From the NCBI GenBank assembly GCA_965238005.1, contig OZ250165.1:1856001-1920000 (forward strand): 64,000 bases of DNA, in the 5' to 3' direction. Made by a program: the position numbers and the translations under genes. Shown here piece after piece: positions 30,873 to 40,219 of the stretch. Positions within the stretch are counted from its first letter, which is position 1. Each line of letters starts with the position of its first letter. The notes beneath the pieces are model-generated. The model ran no database searches. It was not told the origin of the DNA and saw only the letters and a list, made by a program, of their open reading frames with translations. The DNA is from Longimicrobiales bacterium (GTDB lineage Bacteria > Gemmatimonadota > Gemmatimonadetes > Longimicrobiales > Gaopeijiaceae).

Positions 30873-30884
30873 CTCGGTCGATAG

Positions 30885-30983
30885 CCTGACATTATAGTAT
30901 CACAACTTAGTATCGCTGCTGCATCAGAGCATGTGTCCCTCAACTCCTATGTGGAGGAGCGGCTCAAGGAGATTGTGGGCTAG
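30885..30983 (+). pseudogene. Possible C-terminal remnant of a HicB/RHH antitoxin
   Basis: LSIAAASEHVSLNSYVEERLKEIVG*, AT-richer DNA, no start. Confidence 0.45.
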
Positions 30984-32584
30984 GAGTCTGCGCCGCAGAA
31001 GCACAGCTGACTGAGCCGAATGGTCATCGAGCCGTCCGCGGCGAGGCGGATCCGGGTGATTGGGAGGTTGAGGACTTGTGTCTGCGACGGATCGGGAGAG
31101 CGGAATGGATGCGTTGGGGGGGCAAGAGAGCTACGAGAGCCCTCGCGCCGGCAGATGCGGGTGAACCCTCGTGCAGTCATGCCGCCTGAAGGGTGTGCAG
31201 CCGCTTCACATTGAGTGCCAGGCACACGAGGGTCCACTCGGCCCGGACCTTCTCGAGGCCCCGGAAGCTGAATCGTCGAAAGCCCATCACTTCCTTGATC
31301 CAGCCGATGGGCGCCTCGGCCTGCGACTTTCGCCGTGCGTAGCGTCTGCGGCCATCTTCGCTCGCCAGCTTCTCCGCCATGCGGACTTTCGCCGGATATT
31401 CCTCCTTGTCAACCGTGGGGGCGGCCTTACCCTCCCGGGCCAGCGCCACATACCCGTCGATGTCTCGCTCTTCCAGTTCCTCGAGATCCCGCTCGTTGCA
31501 ATAGCCCGTGTCCGCCAGCACCTGCGCCGGCGTCTCGCCGTACGCTTGCGCCACCGCGTCGACCATGGGCACCAGCTGGCCCTGGTCGCTCGCGTTGTCC
31601 GTCACCTCGGCCCCGACCACCAGCTGGTTCTCCCCCTCCACGACCGTCTGTGCGTTGTAGCACTGCTGGAACCCCTCCGAACTCGTCTTCATGATCCGGC
31701 TCTCAGGGTCCGTGAAGTTGCTCTGCGCCGCCTCGTCCGGCTCTCCGTACTCCCGCTTGTAGGGCCTGCCGCCCTTCGGGTTGCGCGTCTGCCCCGGCTT
31801 GCGGCCCCGTGCGTCGTCCGCCGCTCTCTGCTCGGCTTCCAGGCGCGCCTTCGCCTCCCGGATCGCCGCCAGCCGGTCCTCGCGCCGCTTGAGCTCCTCC
31901 GGCACCTCGTCTCCGCATGCTTCCTCGCCGTAGCGCTCGTCTTCCGCTTCGTCCACCGCCTCGGCCCTCTCCAACAGCCCCCGGATCTCCGCCTCCAGCC
32001 GAGGCTCCCCGGTCACCATCCGGCCGTAGCTCATCGCCTTGCGCTTGTTCGCGTTCGCCCGAACCTTCGTCCCGTCCACCGACACCCTGCCAAGCCCCGC
32101 CAGCCCCAAGGCCCGCGCGAGCATCACCACCTCCACAAACACCGCCCGGAAATCCCCGAGATGGCGCTTGCGGAACTCGCACAGCGTCCGGTGCTTCGGG
32201 AAGTTCTCCGCCGCCAGCATCCGAAACGCGACATCCTCCTCCAGCTTCCTCGCCATCTTCCGCGACGAGAAGGTGCCCGTCGCATACGCGTAGATCAGCA
32301 CCTTGACCATCATCCGAGGGTCGTACGGCGAGTTGCGCCGCCCGTCCCCCCGGTACCGCCCGTAGAACGCGCTCAGCTCCACCGCGTCCACCAGGTCGCT
32401 CACATGGTGCGCCAAATGACCCTCCGACACCCACTCCCGAAGATCCGGAGGCAGCAACAACATCTGCTCCGGATCGTACGGTCGAAATGTCGTTCCCATT
32501 CACCCCCCTCGGTGATCCGCAAGCCTTCCCAATGCCTTCGCTACCACCAAAGATAGCCGCCGCAGGGTTCTGCGGCGCAGACTC
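30984..32584 (-). mobile_element. IS1182-family element with 17-bp perfect TIRs and CTAG target duplication
   Basis: GAGTCTGCGCCGCAGAA (30984-31000) / TTCTGCGGCGCAGACTC (32568-32584); CTAG at 30980 and 32585. Confidence 0.93.
31177..32499 (-). CDS. IS1182-family transposase
   Basis: Q.LLLPP.L, YDPRMMVKVLIYAY, VDGTKVRANA, TDPESRIMK, YNAQ, LADTGY, RRFSFRGL. Confidence 0.93.
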   Translation of the reverse strand: MGTTFRPYDPEQMLLLPPDLREWVSEGHLAHHVSDLVDAVELSAFYGRYRGDGRRNSPYDPRMMVKVLIYAYATGTFSSRKMARKLEEDVAFRMLAAENFPKHRTLCEFRKRHLGDFRAVFVEVVMLARALGLAGLGRVSVDGTKVRANANKRKAMSYGRMVTGEPRLEAEIRGLLERAEAVDEAEDERYGEEACGDEVPEELKRREDRLAAIREAKARLEAEQRAADDARGRKPGQTRNPKGGRPYKREYGEPDEAAQSNFTDPESRIMKTSSEGFQQCYNAQTVVEGENQLVVGAEVTDNASDQGQLVPMVDAVAQAYGETPAQVLADTGYCNERDLEELEERDIDGYVALAREGKAAPTVDKEEYPAKVRMAEKLASEDGRRRYARRKSQAEAPIGWIKEVMGFRRFSFRGLEKVRAEWTLVCLALNVKRLHTLQAA

Positions 32585-32604
32585 CTAGGTCTTTCTCGAA
32601 GCCC

Positions 32605-33606
32605 TCAGCGATACGGGTCGTCCGTGGCCAGGTAGCCCGTTACGTAGTCCCCGATCCCCTCTTCCAGCGACAGGAAGGGTTGGTCGTACCCGGCCGCACG
32701 CAGCCGACCCATTTCCGCCTGCGTGAAGTACTGGTAGCGGTCGCGGATCTCCGCGGGCGTGTCGACCCACTTCACCGCAGGCTCCCGGTCAAGAGCCGCG
32801 AACAGGCTCCCCACCACGTCCAGGAAGGTGCGAGCCTCGCCGGTACCCAGGTTGAACAGACCCGACGTCTCCGGGTGGTCCACGAGCCACAGCATTACCG
32901 AGACGCAGTCCCGCACGGATACGAAGTCCCTCAGCTGCCCGCCGTCCGGATAGTCCGGATCGTGGGACCGGAACAGGGTCACGGGTCCGCCGGCGGACGC
33001 CACCGGAAAGGCCTTGGCCACGATGCTCTGCATGGCCCCCTTATGGTACTCGTTGGGCCCATACACGTTGAAGAACTTCAGGCCCACCCACTGAGGCGGC
33101 GTCGGGGCTCCATCGGCTACCCATCGGGCCACCATTCGGTCGAAGAGATGCTTGCTCCAACCATACGGATTCATGGGCCGCAGCCGGGCGAGACCCTCCC
33201 TCGATCCGTCGTCGTCGAATCCTTCCGCTCCGTCCCCGTAGGTGGCCGCCGAAGAGGCATAGATGAACGGCACCTGCCGCTCCGCGCACCACCGCCACAG
33301 ATCCCTCGACAGGTGGACGTTCGTGCTTAGGATCAGGTCGGCGTCGGTCTCTGTGGTGGAGGATATGGCACCCATGTGGAAGACGGCCCGCACCTCGGAG
33401 CCTCGCCCCTCGGAGCCTCGTCCCTCGAGAAAGGCGGGCAGATCCTCGGGTAGCACCACGTCCGCTAGCTCACGCTTGGCGATGTTGCGCCACTTGTCCT
33501 CGTCCCGAAGCCGGTCGCACACGACCACCCCCGTCTCCCCCCGCTCCTCGAGGCCGGCCACGAGATTCGATCCGATGAAGCCGGCGCCACCGGTAACGAC
33601 GATCAT
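32605..33606 (-). CDS. hldD: ADP-L-glycero-D-manno-heptose 6-epimerase
   Basis: IVVTGGAGFIGSN, YASSAATYG, YGWSK, FNVYGPNEYHKG, YQYFTQA; 15-bp duplication at 33393-33427. Confidence 0.95.
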   Translation of the reverse strand: MIVVTGGAGFIGSNLVAGLEERGETGVVVCDRLRDEDKWRNIAKRELADVVLPEDLPAFLEGRGSEGRGSEVRAVFHMGAISSTTETDADLILSTNVHLSRDLWRWCAERQVPFIYASSAATYGDGAEGFDDDGSREGLARLRPMNPYGWSKHLFDRMVARWVADGAPTPPQWVGLKFFNVYGPNEYHKGAMQSIVAKAFPVASAGGPVTLFRSHDPDYPDGGQLRDFVSVRDCVSVMLWLVDHPETSGLFNLGTGEARTFLDVVGSLFAALDREPAVKWVDTPAEIRDRYQYFTQAEMGRLRAAGYDQPFLSLEEGIGDYVTGYLATDDPYR

Positions 33607-33965
33607 CCGTCACTCCCTGGATCCGAGGTCCCACGTGCCGCGGAGCAGATGTCACAGCCGCACAAGCTCCGCAGGAGATCGTACGTGTAAAAACCCGTAT
33701 CGTGGCCGTCACTCCAAGCGAACTGGAGGGCGTAATTCCCCACATAGTGGATGGCCGTAGGATACACACCCGGCTGGATCATGGCACTGGTTAGCATGCG
33801 TCGTCCCGAGAGCTCTTCGACGCACCCTGCGCAGGGACAGGAGAGCCGTAGATCATGAGGCAGATAGGTGGATTCGTGGCCATCCTTCCACGAGATACGC
33901 AAGGCCGAGCCGTCCTCTGTGGGCCCGATGTCGCGGGGCGTGGTCTCAGGCGTCGGCATCGGCAC
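33603..33965 (-). CDS. DUF971 / GBBH N-terminal-like protein
   Basis: W.DGHES, LR..CPCAGC, VGNYAL.F.WSDGHDTGFY. Confidence 0.88.
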   Translation of the reverse strand: MPMPTPETTPRDIGPTEDGSALRISWKDGHESTYLPHDLRLSCPCAGCVEELSGRRMLTSAMIQPGVYPTAIHYVGNYALQFAWSDGHDTGFYTYDLLRSLCGCDICSAARGTSDPGSDG

Positions 33966-34587
33966 TGCCTATCATGAGCGCGAGGTGCTCGGCCACGGCC
34001 CGAAAGGCTCGGCCGCGATGACTCCGGGCATGCTTCTCTTCCGGGGAGATCTCGCCGAAGGTCCGGTCTAGCTCCGGATCGAGGAAGAGGGGGTCGTACC
34101 CGAAGCCACCTTGTCCTCTCGGGCTCATTGCGATCAATCCGGGAGCCTCGCCTCGAAGGGTCGTGACGTCTCCGCCGCCGAAGTCGAGGGCGGCCACGCA
34201 CACGTAGCGAGCCGTTCGCTCCTCCAGGGGCCTGTCGCCCAGCAGTTCGAGAAGATACGCGTTGTTGGATCGATCTCGCTCTTTCCCCTCCAGCCCCCGC
34301 TCGGGCGCGAAGCGCTTGGAGCGAACCCCCGGTGCTCCGTCGAGGGCGTCCGCCTCTATCCCAGAGTCGTCCGCCACCGTCGACATCCCGCTGATCTCCT
34401 GGAAGTACTTCGCCTTGGATACGGCGTTGTCTTCGAAAGTATCGAAGGGTTCCAGATCCTCCTCCGCATCCCCATAGGCGACCCCGGCCTCGTCGAGGTC
34501 CATGACCCGCAAGCGCGGCACCACCGCGAGGATCTTCCTGATCTCCGCCATCTTGTGGGCGCTGCGCGTCGCCACCAACAACTCCAT
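33946..34587 (-). CDS. rdgB: Non-canonical purine NTP pyrophosphatase (RdgB/HAM1)
   Basis: ATR..HK, ADDSG, PGVRSKRF, GFGYDPLF, SHRGRA; follows rph. Confidence 0.93.
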   Translation of the reverse strand: MELLVATRSAHKMAEIRKILAVVPRLRVMDLDEAGVAYGDAEEDLEPFDTFEDNAVSKAKYFQEISGMSTVADDSGIEADALDGAPGVRSKRFAPERGLEGKERDRSNNAYLLELLGDRPLEERTARYVCVAALDFGGGDVTTLRGEAPGLIAMSPRGQGGFGYDPLFLDPELDRTFGEISPEEKHARSHRGRAFRAVAEHLALMIGSADADA

Positions 34588-34618
34588 CAAGCGCTCTCCC
34601 GAGGGGTGCCGTTCGACA

Positions 34619-35332
34619 CTAGCCAAGGGCCCCCTTTTGAGCCAGGACCAGGCGGCGGATGCCGTCGATGGCGAGATCCAGGAGGTCGTCGAGCTGCGCC
34701 CTGCTGAACGGGTCGCCCTCCGCTGTCCCCTGCACCTCCACCAGGCGACCCTCTCCCGTGCCCACGACGTTCAGGTCCACCTGGGCCGAGGAGTCCTCCG
34801 GGTAGTCGAGATCCAACAGGGGATCGCCGTCGACGATTCCGACGCTCACGGCCGCCACCATCTCCCGCATGGGATTCCGCTCGATGAGGCCTTCCTTCGT
34901 GAGTCCGTCCAGGGCCCTCCACAGCGCCACGGAAGCTCCTGTGATGGCCGCGGTCCGAGTGCCTCCGTCGGCCTGCAGAACGTCGCAATCGACGATGACG
35001 GTACGGGGGCCCAGAGCCTTCAGGTCCACCACCGACCGGAGGGAGCGGCCGATGAGTCGCTGGATCTCCTGCGTACGGCCACCCACCCGTGCCCGCTCCC
35101 GTTGGGATCGCGTGTGGGTCGACCGGGGGAGCATACCATACTCGGCCGTCACCCACCCGGCCTGACTCCGCTCCCGCCAGCGAGGCAGGCCCTCCTCGAC
35201 GCTGGCGGCGCAAAGGACCCGGGTCTGCCCGGTGGAGATGAGGCAGGATCCCTCGGCGTACGGCACCGACCCCAGCACCATCTCCAGCGGTCTCAAGTCA
35301 CCGGCCTGGCGGCCATCCACCCGGTGCGTCAC
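34619..35332 (-). CDS. rph: Ribonuclease PH
   Basis: [48 protein letters not shown]. Confidence 0.97.
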   Translation of the reverse strand: MTHRVDGRQAGDLRPLEMVLGSVPYAEGSCLISTGQTRVLCAASVEEGLPRWRERSQAGWVTAEYGMLPRSTHTRSQRERARVGGRTQEIQRLIGRSLRSVVDLKALGPRTVIVDCDVLQADGGTRTAAITGASVALWRALDGLTKEGLIERNPMREMVAAVSVGIVDGDPLLDLDYPEDSSAQVDLNVVGTGEGRLVEVQGTAEGDPFSRAQLDDLLDLAIDGIRRLVLAQKGALG

Positions 35333-35811
35333 CCGCCCTCCTTCAGGCGCTCCAGGAGCGCCGAGGTGGAATAATTCCCTACCAAGGGCACCACCATCAC
35401 CGTCCCTCCCGCCCCTTCCACGGCCCGACGGCCTACGATGTCCTCGACTTCGTAGTCGCCTCCCTTGACCAGAACATCGGGAAGCAGCTGCTCGATGAGC
35501 TCCACAGGCGTGTCTTCGTCGAAGAGGGTCACCGCGTCCACGCTAGCCAGCGCCGCCAGCACCCGGGCCCGATCCCCTTCTGCCACCAGAGGGCGTCCGG
35601 ACCCCTTGAGCCGGCGGACCGAGTAGTCCGTGTTCAATCCCACCACCAGTGCGTCGCCCAGGCGCCTGGCTTGCTCGAGGTACTCCACATGACCGCGGTG
35701 GAGGAGGTCGAAGCACCCGTTGGTGAACACGAGTCGCCCTTGCCGCGGCCGCCCGTGGCGGGTAAGGAGCTCCTCCCTGGAGAGGACCTTTTCCTCGAGC
35801 GGCTCCGTCAC
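35329..35811 (-). CDS. rfaE2: D-glycero-beta-D-manno-heptose-1-phosphate adenylyltransferase
   Basis: [32 protein letters not shown]. Confidence 0.93.
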   Translation of the reverse strand: MTEPLEEKVLSREELLTRHGRPRQGRLVFTNGCFDLLHRGHVEYLEQARRLGDALVVGLNTDYSVRRLKGSGRPLVAEGDRARVLAALASVDAVTLFDEDTPVELIEQLLPDVLVKGGDYEVEDIVGRRAVEGAGGTVMVVPLVGNYSTSALLERLKEGG

Positions 35812-36755
35812 ACCCTGCCCCTGCTCTCAAACTGGTCGAAGACCTCCTGCAGGATGGCCTCGGCTCCCTGTTGCCTGAGGAGGTCCGCCAAGCGGGTGCC
35901 GAGCTCATCCGGCTCGGCGGCCACTCCCGTGACGTCTCCCCGGACCACCCGCGTGCCATCGCAGCTGGCCACCAGCCCCCAGAGGCGGAGTCCGCCCTCG
36001 TACGGCATCCCCAGGGCCCCGATCGGCACCTGACATCCACCTCCGAGATTCCCCAACAACGCCCGCTCCGCCCTCACGGCCGACCGGGTCTGGGGGTCGT
36101 TCAACTCTTCCACCAGCGATCGGGTTTCCGTGTCGTCCGTACGGGTCACGATGGCCAACGCTCCCTGCCCCGGCGCCGGCAACCACGCCGTCCGCTCCAG
36201 CCACTCCAACGCCCGGTCCTCGAGACCGAGGCGGATCAGCCCTGCGGCCGCCAGGATCACGGCGTCGTAGTGCCCGTCGTCCACCTTGCTGATGCGCGTG
36301 TCCACGTTGCCCCGGATACTCCGCGGCTCGACGTCCTGACGAAAAGCCCTCAGCAGAGCAGCTCGACGCAGAGAGCTCGTGCCTACCACAGCCCCCTCCT
36401 TCAGGGAGGCCAGGGTGGTTCGCTCGTGTTTCGGTCCCACCAGCACATCCCGGGGATCGACCCGAGTCGGGGTCGCGGCGAGGCACAGGCCATCGGGCAG
36501 CTCGGTGAGGAGATCCTTCAGCGAGTGAACGGCGAGGTCCACTCTTCCATCCAGAAGAGCCTCGTCCAGCTCCTGGGTGAAGAGGCCCTTACCCCCGATC
36601 TCCGGGAGGGGCTTGTCGAGGCGTACGTCACCCGTGGTGCGGATGATCTCGAGCTCGACCTGCGTGGATCCGTCGGCCTCGAGCTCGGCCTTCGTCGTCC
36701 GGCTCTGCGAGAGAGCCAGGAGGGAGCCCCGCGTTCCCAGCCGGAGTAGGGACAT
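35808..36755 (-). CDS. hemC: Hydroxymethylbilane synthase
   Basis: GTRGSLLA, GKGLFT, VHSLKD, GTSSLRR, RGNVDTR, GGCQVP. Confidence 0.97.
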   Translation of the reverse strand: MSLLRLGTRGSLLALSQSRTTKAELEADGSTQVELEIIRTTGDVRLDKPLPEIGGKGLFTQELDEALLDGRVDLAVHSLKDLLTELPDGLCLAATPTRVDPRDVLVGPKHERTTLASLKEGAVVGTSSLRRAALLRAFRQDVEPRSIRGNVDTRISKVDDGHYDAVILAAAGLIRLGLEDRALEWLERTAWLPAPGQGALAIVTRTDDTETRSLVEELNDPQTRSAVRAERALLGNLGGGCQVPIGALGMPYEGGLRLWGLVASCDGTRVVRGDVTGVAAEPDELGTRLADLLRQQGAEAILQEVFDQFESRGRV

Positions 36756-36763
36756 CGGTCAGG

Positions 36764-38455
36764 TCAGAGGTAGAACAGCAGGTACACGCCCAGGAGCACA
36801 GCCACCCAGAGTATCATACTCCCTGTGGGCCAGGTTCGCGCCAGGATGCCCCTCGGGCCATGGCCACGAGCGGCTCCGGTGACGGCACTCCTCACCACGC
36901 CGACGACCGCGCCGCGGACCGCCGAATCCACGCGTGCGACGGCGGCGCCGATGCCCCGGACGAGTCGAGGAGCCAGCCACCGGTACGACCACTCCGCATC
37001 GATGTTCACCGACCTGAGCTCCGGCGGGTAGATCCCCGTCTTCATGAGCCAGAGCACGGCCAGGGCGCCGAAGAAGAGGAGCTGCATCTGGGTCAGCACA
37101 TGGGTCGCGTCGTACGGATCGAACTCCGCGGCGAAGGGCAGCAGAGCATAGAGGAACCCCGGGAACGAGCCGATCCCGATGCACAGGACCGCCGCGATGA
37201 ACATGGCCGCCAGCATGTTCTTGGGCGGCTCCTTGGCGCGAATCCCCGAGTCGTGACCGAAGAACGCGAAGTACGGGATCTTGATGCCCGCGTGCTCCAG
37301 AACGCCGGCGGAGGCGAAGAGGAGGAAGGGCCAGATCCACACGTGACCCTCTTCCAGCGCCGCAGCCATGATCATGGACTTGGTCACGAAGGCGCTGAGG
37401 AGCGGGAACGCCGAGATGGTCATGGCTCCGACGACGCACAGCGTCGCAGTAATGGGCATCGTCTTGTAGAGCCCACCGAGGTCGGAGCCGTTGATGCGGC
37501 CCGTCATCTGTAGGACGGCTCCCATGCTCATGAAGAGGAGGCCTTTGAAGAAGACGTCGGCGAAGGCGTGGGCCACGGCCCCGTTCAGAGCGAGCGCAGT
37601 GCCGAGCCCGACGCCGGTCACCATGAAGCCGATCTGGTTGATCATGCTGTAGCTCAGCACCCGGCGCAGATCGTTCTCGATGACGGCGTAGAAGATAGGG
37701 AAGCACGTCATGATCACGCCCACGTAGATCAGCATCTCCGTTCCGGCGAAGCTCTTGGCCAGGGCGAAGACCGCCACCTTGGTGGTGAACGCGCTCAAGA
37801 AGACCGTGCCCGTGGGGGTGCCCTCCGGATACGCGTCCGTGAGCCAGTTGTGCAGGAACGGGAACGCCGCCTTGATCCCGAAGGCGATGAGAATCAGCCA
37901 TGCCGCCAGCGAGCCGTCGAGCCCGATGGGCCCGAACTCGATGGATCCCGTGCTGTGGGCACGCATGAGCGCTCCCGAGAGGAGCAGTACCCCCGAAAGC
38001 ACGTGGATCACCAGGTACCGGAATCCTGAACGCAGCGAGCTCTCTGTGCCCCTGGCCCAGATGAGGAACACGGATGTGAACGCCAGCAGCTCCCAAAAAA
38101 CGAACAGCGAGATGAGGTCCCCGGCGAACACGGCGCCCAGCGCGGCGCCGGCGTAGAGCATGGCCGATGTATGCTGGATGCCGGGGTGATCGCCCTCGTC
38201 GAGATGCAGGGCGTAGAGGTTCCCCAGGAAGGCGGCCAGGTGGAACAGCCACCCGAACATCATGCCCAGAGGGGTCACCACCACGGGGACCAGGGTGTAG
38301 CCCAGCAGCTCGATCTCGACGAACGAGCCTTCCTGGAGGCCCAGAAGGTTCAGGGCTCCCAGCACCGGGACGAGGAGCAGCACACCGCGGCGCACATCCC
38401 CCCTCGTGACCACAACGAGGAGGGCCCCGATCAGGAAGATCACGAAGGGAGGCAT
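36764..38455 (-). CDS. mrpD: Mrp/Mnh Na+/H+ antiporter subunit D-like (563 aa)
   Basis: Proton-antiporter domain: FWE, H.WL.DAYP, LSYS.INQIG, H...KGLLF. Confidence 0.88.
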   Translation of the reverse strand: MPPFVIFLIGALLVVVTRGDVRRGVLLLVPVLGALNLLGLQEGSFVEIELLGYTLVPVVVTPLGMMFGWLFHLAAFLGNLYALHLDEGDHPGIQHTSAMLYAGAALGAVFAGDLISLFVFWELLAFTSVFLIWARGTESSLRSGFRYLVIHVLSGVLLLSGALMRAHSTGSIEFGPIGLDGSLAAWLILIAFGIKAAFPFLHNWLTDAYPEGTPTGTVFLSAFTTKVAVFALAKSFAGTEMLIYVGVIMTCFPIFYAVIENDLRRVLSYSMINQIGFMVTGVGLGTALALNGAVAHAFADVFFKGLLFMSMGAVLQMTGRINGSDLGGLYKTMPITATLCVVGAMTISAFPLLSAFVTKSMIMAAALEEGHVWIWPFLLFASAGVLEHAGIKIPYFAFFGHDSGIRAKEPPKNMLAAMFIAAVLCIGIGSFPGFLYALLPFAAEFDPYDATHVLTQMQLLFFGALAVLWLMKTGIYPPELRSVNIDAEWSYRWLAPRLVRGIGAAVARVDSAVRGAVVGVVRSAVTGAARGHGPRGILARTWPTGSMILWVAVLLGVYLLFYL

Positions 38456-38456
38456 G

Positions 38457-38744
38457 TCAGCTCCCCCCCTCGTAGTAGTCCTCGGGGCGCATCAGCACAC
38501 GCCGCATCTGCTTGGCGATGAGCACCAGAAGCCAGATGCCGACGAACCCGTAGAGCGGGTAGAAAGCGAGCAGGTTCTCCCAGTCGTGCACGTTGTGCCG
38601 GTGGATCACGAAGTCCAGCAGGACCAGGATGACACAGCACGCGTAGAAGACGTTGAACAGGAGCTTCACGTTCCGGGCATTGTCCCAGACGTGCTGCCGC
38701 TCGTCGGTCGTAGCGCCGTGGCCGTGTGAAGTGTGCTCGCTCAC
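38457..38744 (-). CDS. Small 2-TM protein in the Mrp operon
   Basis: Two hydrophobic segments, C-terminal LMRPEDYYE; coupled to its neighbours. Confidence 0.7.
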   Translation of the reverse strand: MSEHTSHGHGATTDERQHVWDNARNVKLLFNVFYACCVILVLLDFVIHRHNVHDWENLLAFYPLYGFVGIWLLVLIAKQMRRVLMRPEDYYEGGS

Positions 38745-40219
38745 GGGGAAATCACCATCGTCATCAGTTCGTAGAGCGGACCGGGGTTCAGGAACAGACC
38801 CAGCGTGGCCAGCGCGGTGATCACTATGGCCACCAGCGACGACCAGGGCGCCTCGTGGATGCCCTCACCGCGGTGGGCGTCTTCCGGAGGGGCGCCGAAG
38901 AAGGCACGCACGGGAACCTCCAACAGGTAGACCAGGCTGAGGAGCGAGCTCACCATGAGCACCGCCAGCAGGCCCACCTGCCCCGCCTCCAGCGTACCAA
39001 GCCCCAGGAACCATTTGCTCCACGCTCCACCCGCCGGTGGAACGCCGACGATGCTCAGCGAGCCCACGAAGAACGCACCGAAGGTGATGGGCATGGTGCG
39101 GCCCAGCCCGCTCATGCGGCTGATGTCCGTCTCGTGGGCGGCTACCAGCACCGCCCCCGCCGCGAAGAAGAGCGTGATCTTGCCGAAGGCGTGCATGGCG
39201 ATGTGCATGCCGCCACCGATGATCCCCCACTCGTTGGCCAAGAGAGCGCCGAGGACGATGTAGGAGAGCTGGCTGATGGTGGAGTAGGCCAGCCGGGCCT
39301 TGAGGTTGTCCTTAGTGAACGCCACCAGCGAGCCGAGGATGATGGTGGCCGCCGCCGCCCAGGCCAGCCACGTGGTGCTGGCCAGGACCCCCAGCAGGTC
39401 GATGCCGAAGACGTAGACCGCCACCTTCAAGATCGTGAACACCCCCGCCTTCACCACGGCCACAGCGTGCAGCAGCGCCGAGACCGGCGTGGGGGCCACC
39501 ATGGCCGCGGGGAGCCAGCGGTGGAAGGGCATGACCGCCGCCTTCCCCACCCCGAAGACGAAGAGGACCAGGATCACGCTCAGCACCCCGTTGCCGGCCG
39601 TCCCGGCGAGGATGCCACCTTCGGTGAAGTCCACCGTGCCGGCCAGCTGCCACGTCCAGATGACAGCAAGGAGCTGGAGGCCTATCGAGGTCGAGAGCAA
39701 GATCCCCAGGTACACGCGGCCGGCGCGCTTGGCCTCTTCCGTGCCGTGGTGCGTGACCAACGGGAAGGTGCAGAGCGTCAGGACTTCATAGAAGGCGAAG
39801 AGCGTGAAGAGGTTGGCCGAGAAGGCCACTCCCATGGCACCCGCGATGGCGATGGCGAAGAAGGTGTAGAAGCGGGTCTGGTTCTCCTCGTGGTGCCCGC
39901 GCATGTACCCGATGGAATACAACGCCGTGACGATCCAGAGGAACGACGCCACCAGGGCGAAGAGAAGGCCCAGCGGCTCTACGCGGAGCGCCAGCTCGAT
40001 TCCCGGCACCACCTCTACGAGTGCGAGCTCGGGGCGCAGCCCGCTCTTTACCGGGTCCAGCAAAGTGAGGACCAGGCCGAAGAGGGTCGCTGCCGTGATG
40101 AGGCCCGCCCCGTCTCTCACATTGGGCCACCTGCCGAGGGCGAGGATGAGTGCCGCTCCCACCAGGGGCAGGACGACGATCAGCCCGGACGTCATGGCCG
40201 GCGTCATGGCCGGCGTCAT
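38741..40219 (-). CDS. mrpD: Monovalent cation/H+ antiporter subunit D family protein
   Basis: HRWLPAAMVAPTPVSALLHAVAVVKAG, LAYSTISQLSY; 12-bp repeat (MTPA) at the start. Confidence 0.88.
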   Translation of the reverse strand: MTPAMTPAMTSGLIVVLPLVGAALILALGRWPNVRDGAGLITAATLFGLVLTLLDPVKSGLRPELALVEVVPGIELALRVEPLGLLFALVASFLWIVTALYSIGYMRGHHEENQTRFYTFFAIAIAGAMGVAFSANLFTLFAFYEVLTLCTFPLVTHHGTEEAKRAGRVYLGILLSTSIGLQLLAVIWTWQLAGTVDFTEGGILAGTAGNGVLSVILVLFVFGVGKAAVMPFHRWLPAAMVAPTPVSALLHAVAVVKAGVFTILKVAVYVFGIDLLGVLASTTWLAWAAAATIILGSLVAFTKDNLKARLAYSTISQLSYIVLGALLANEWGIIGGGMHIAMHAFGKITLFFAAGAVLVAAHETDISRMSGLGRTMPITFGAFFVGSLSIVGVPPAGGAWSKWFLGLGTLEAGQVGLLAVLMVSSLLSLVYLLEVPVRAFFGAPPEDAHRGEGIHEAPWSSLVAIVITALATLGLFLNPGPLYELMTMVISP

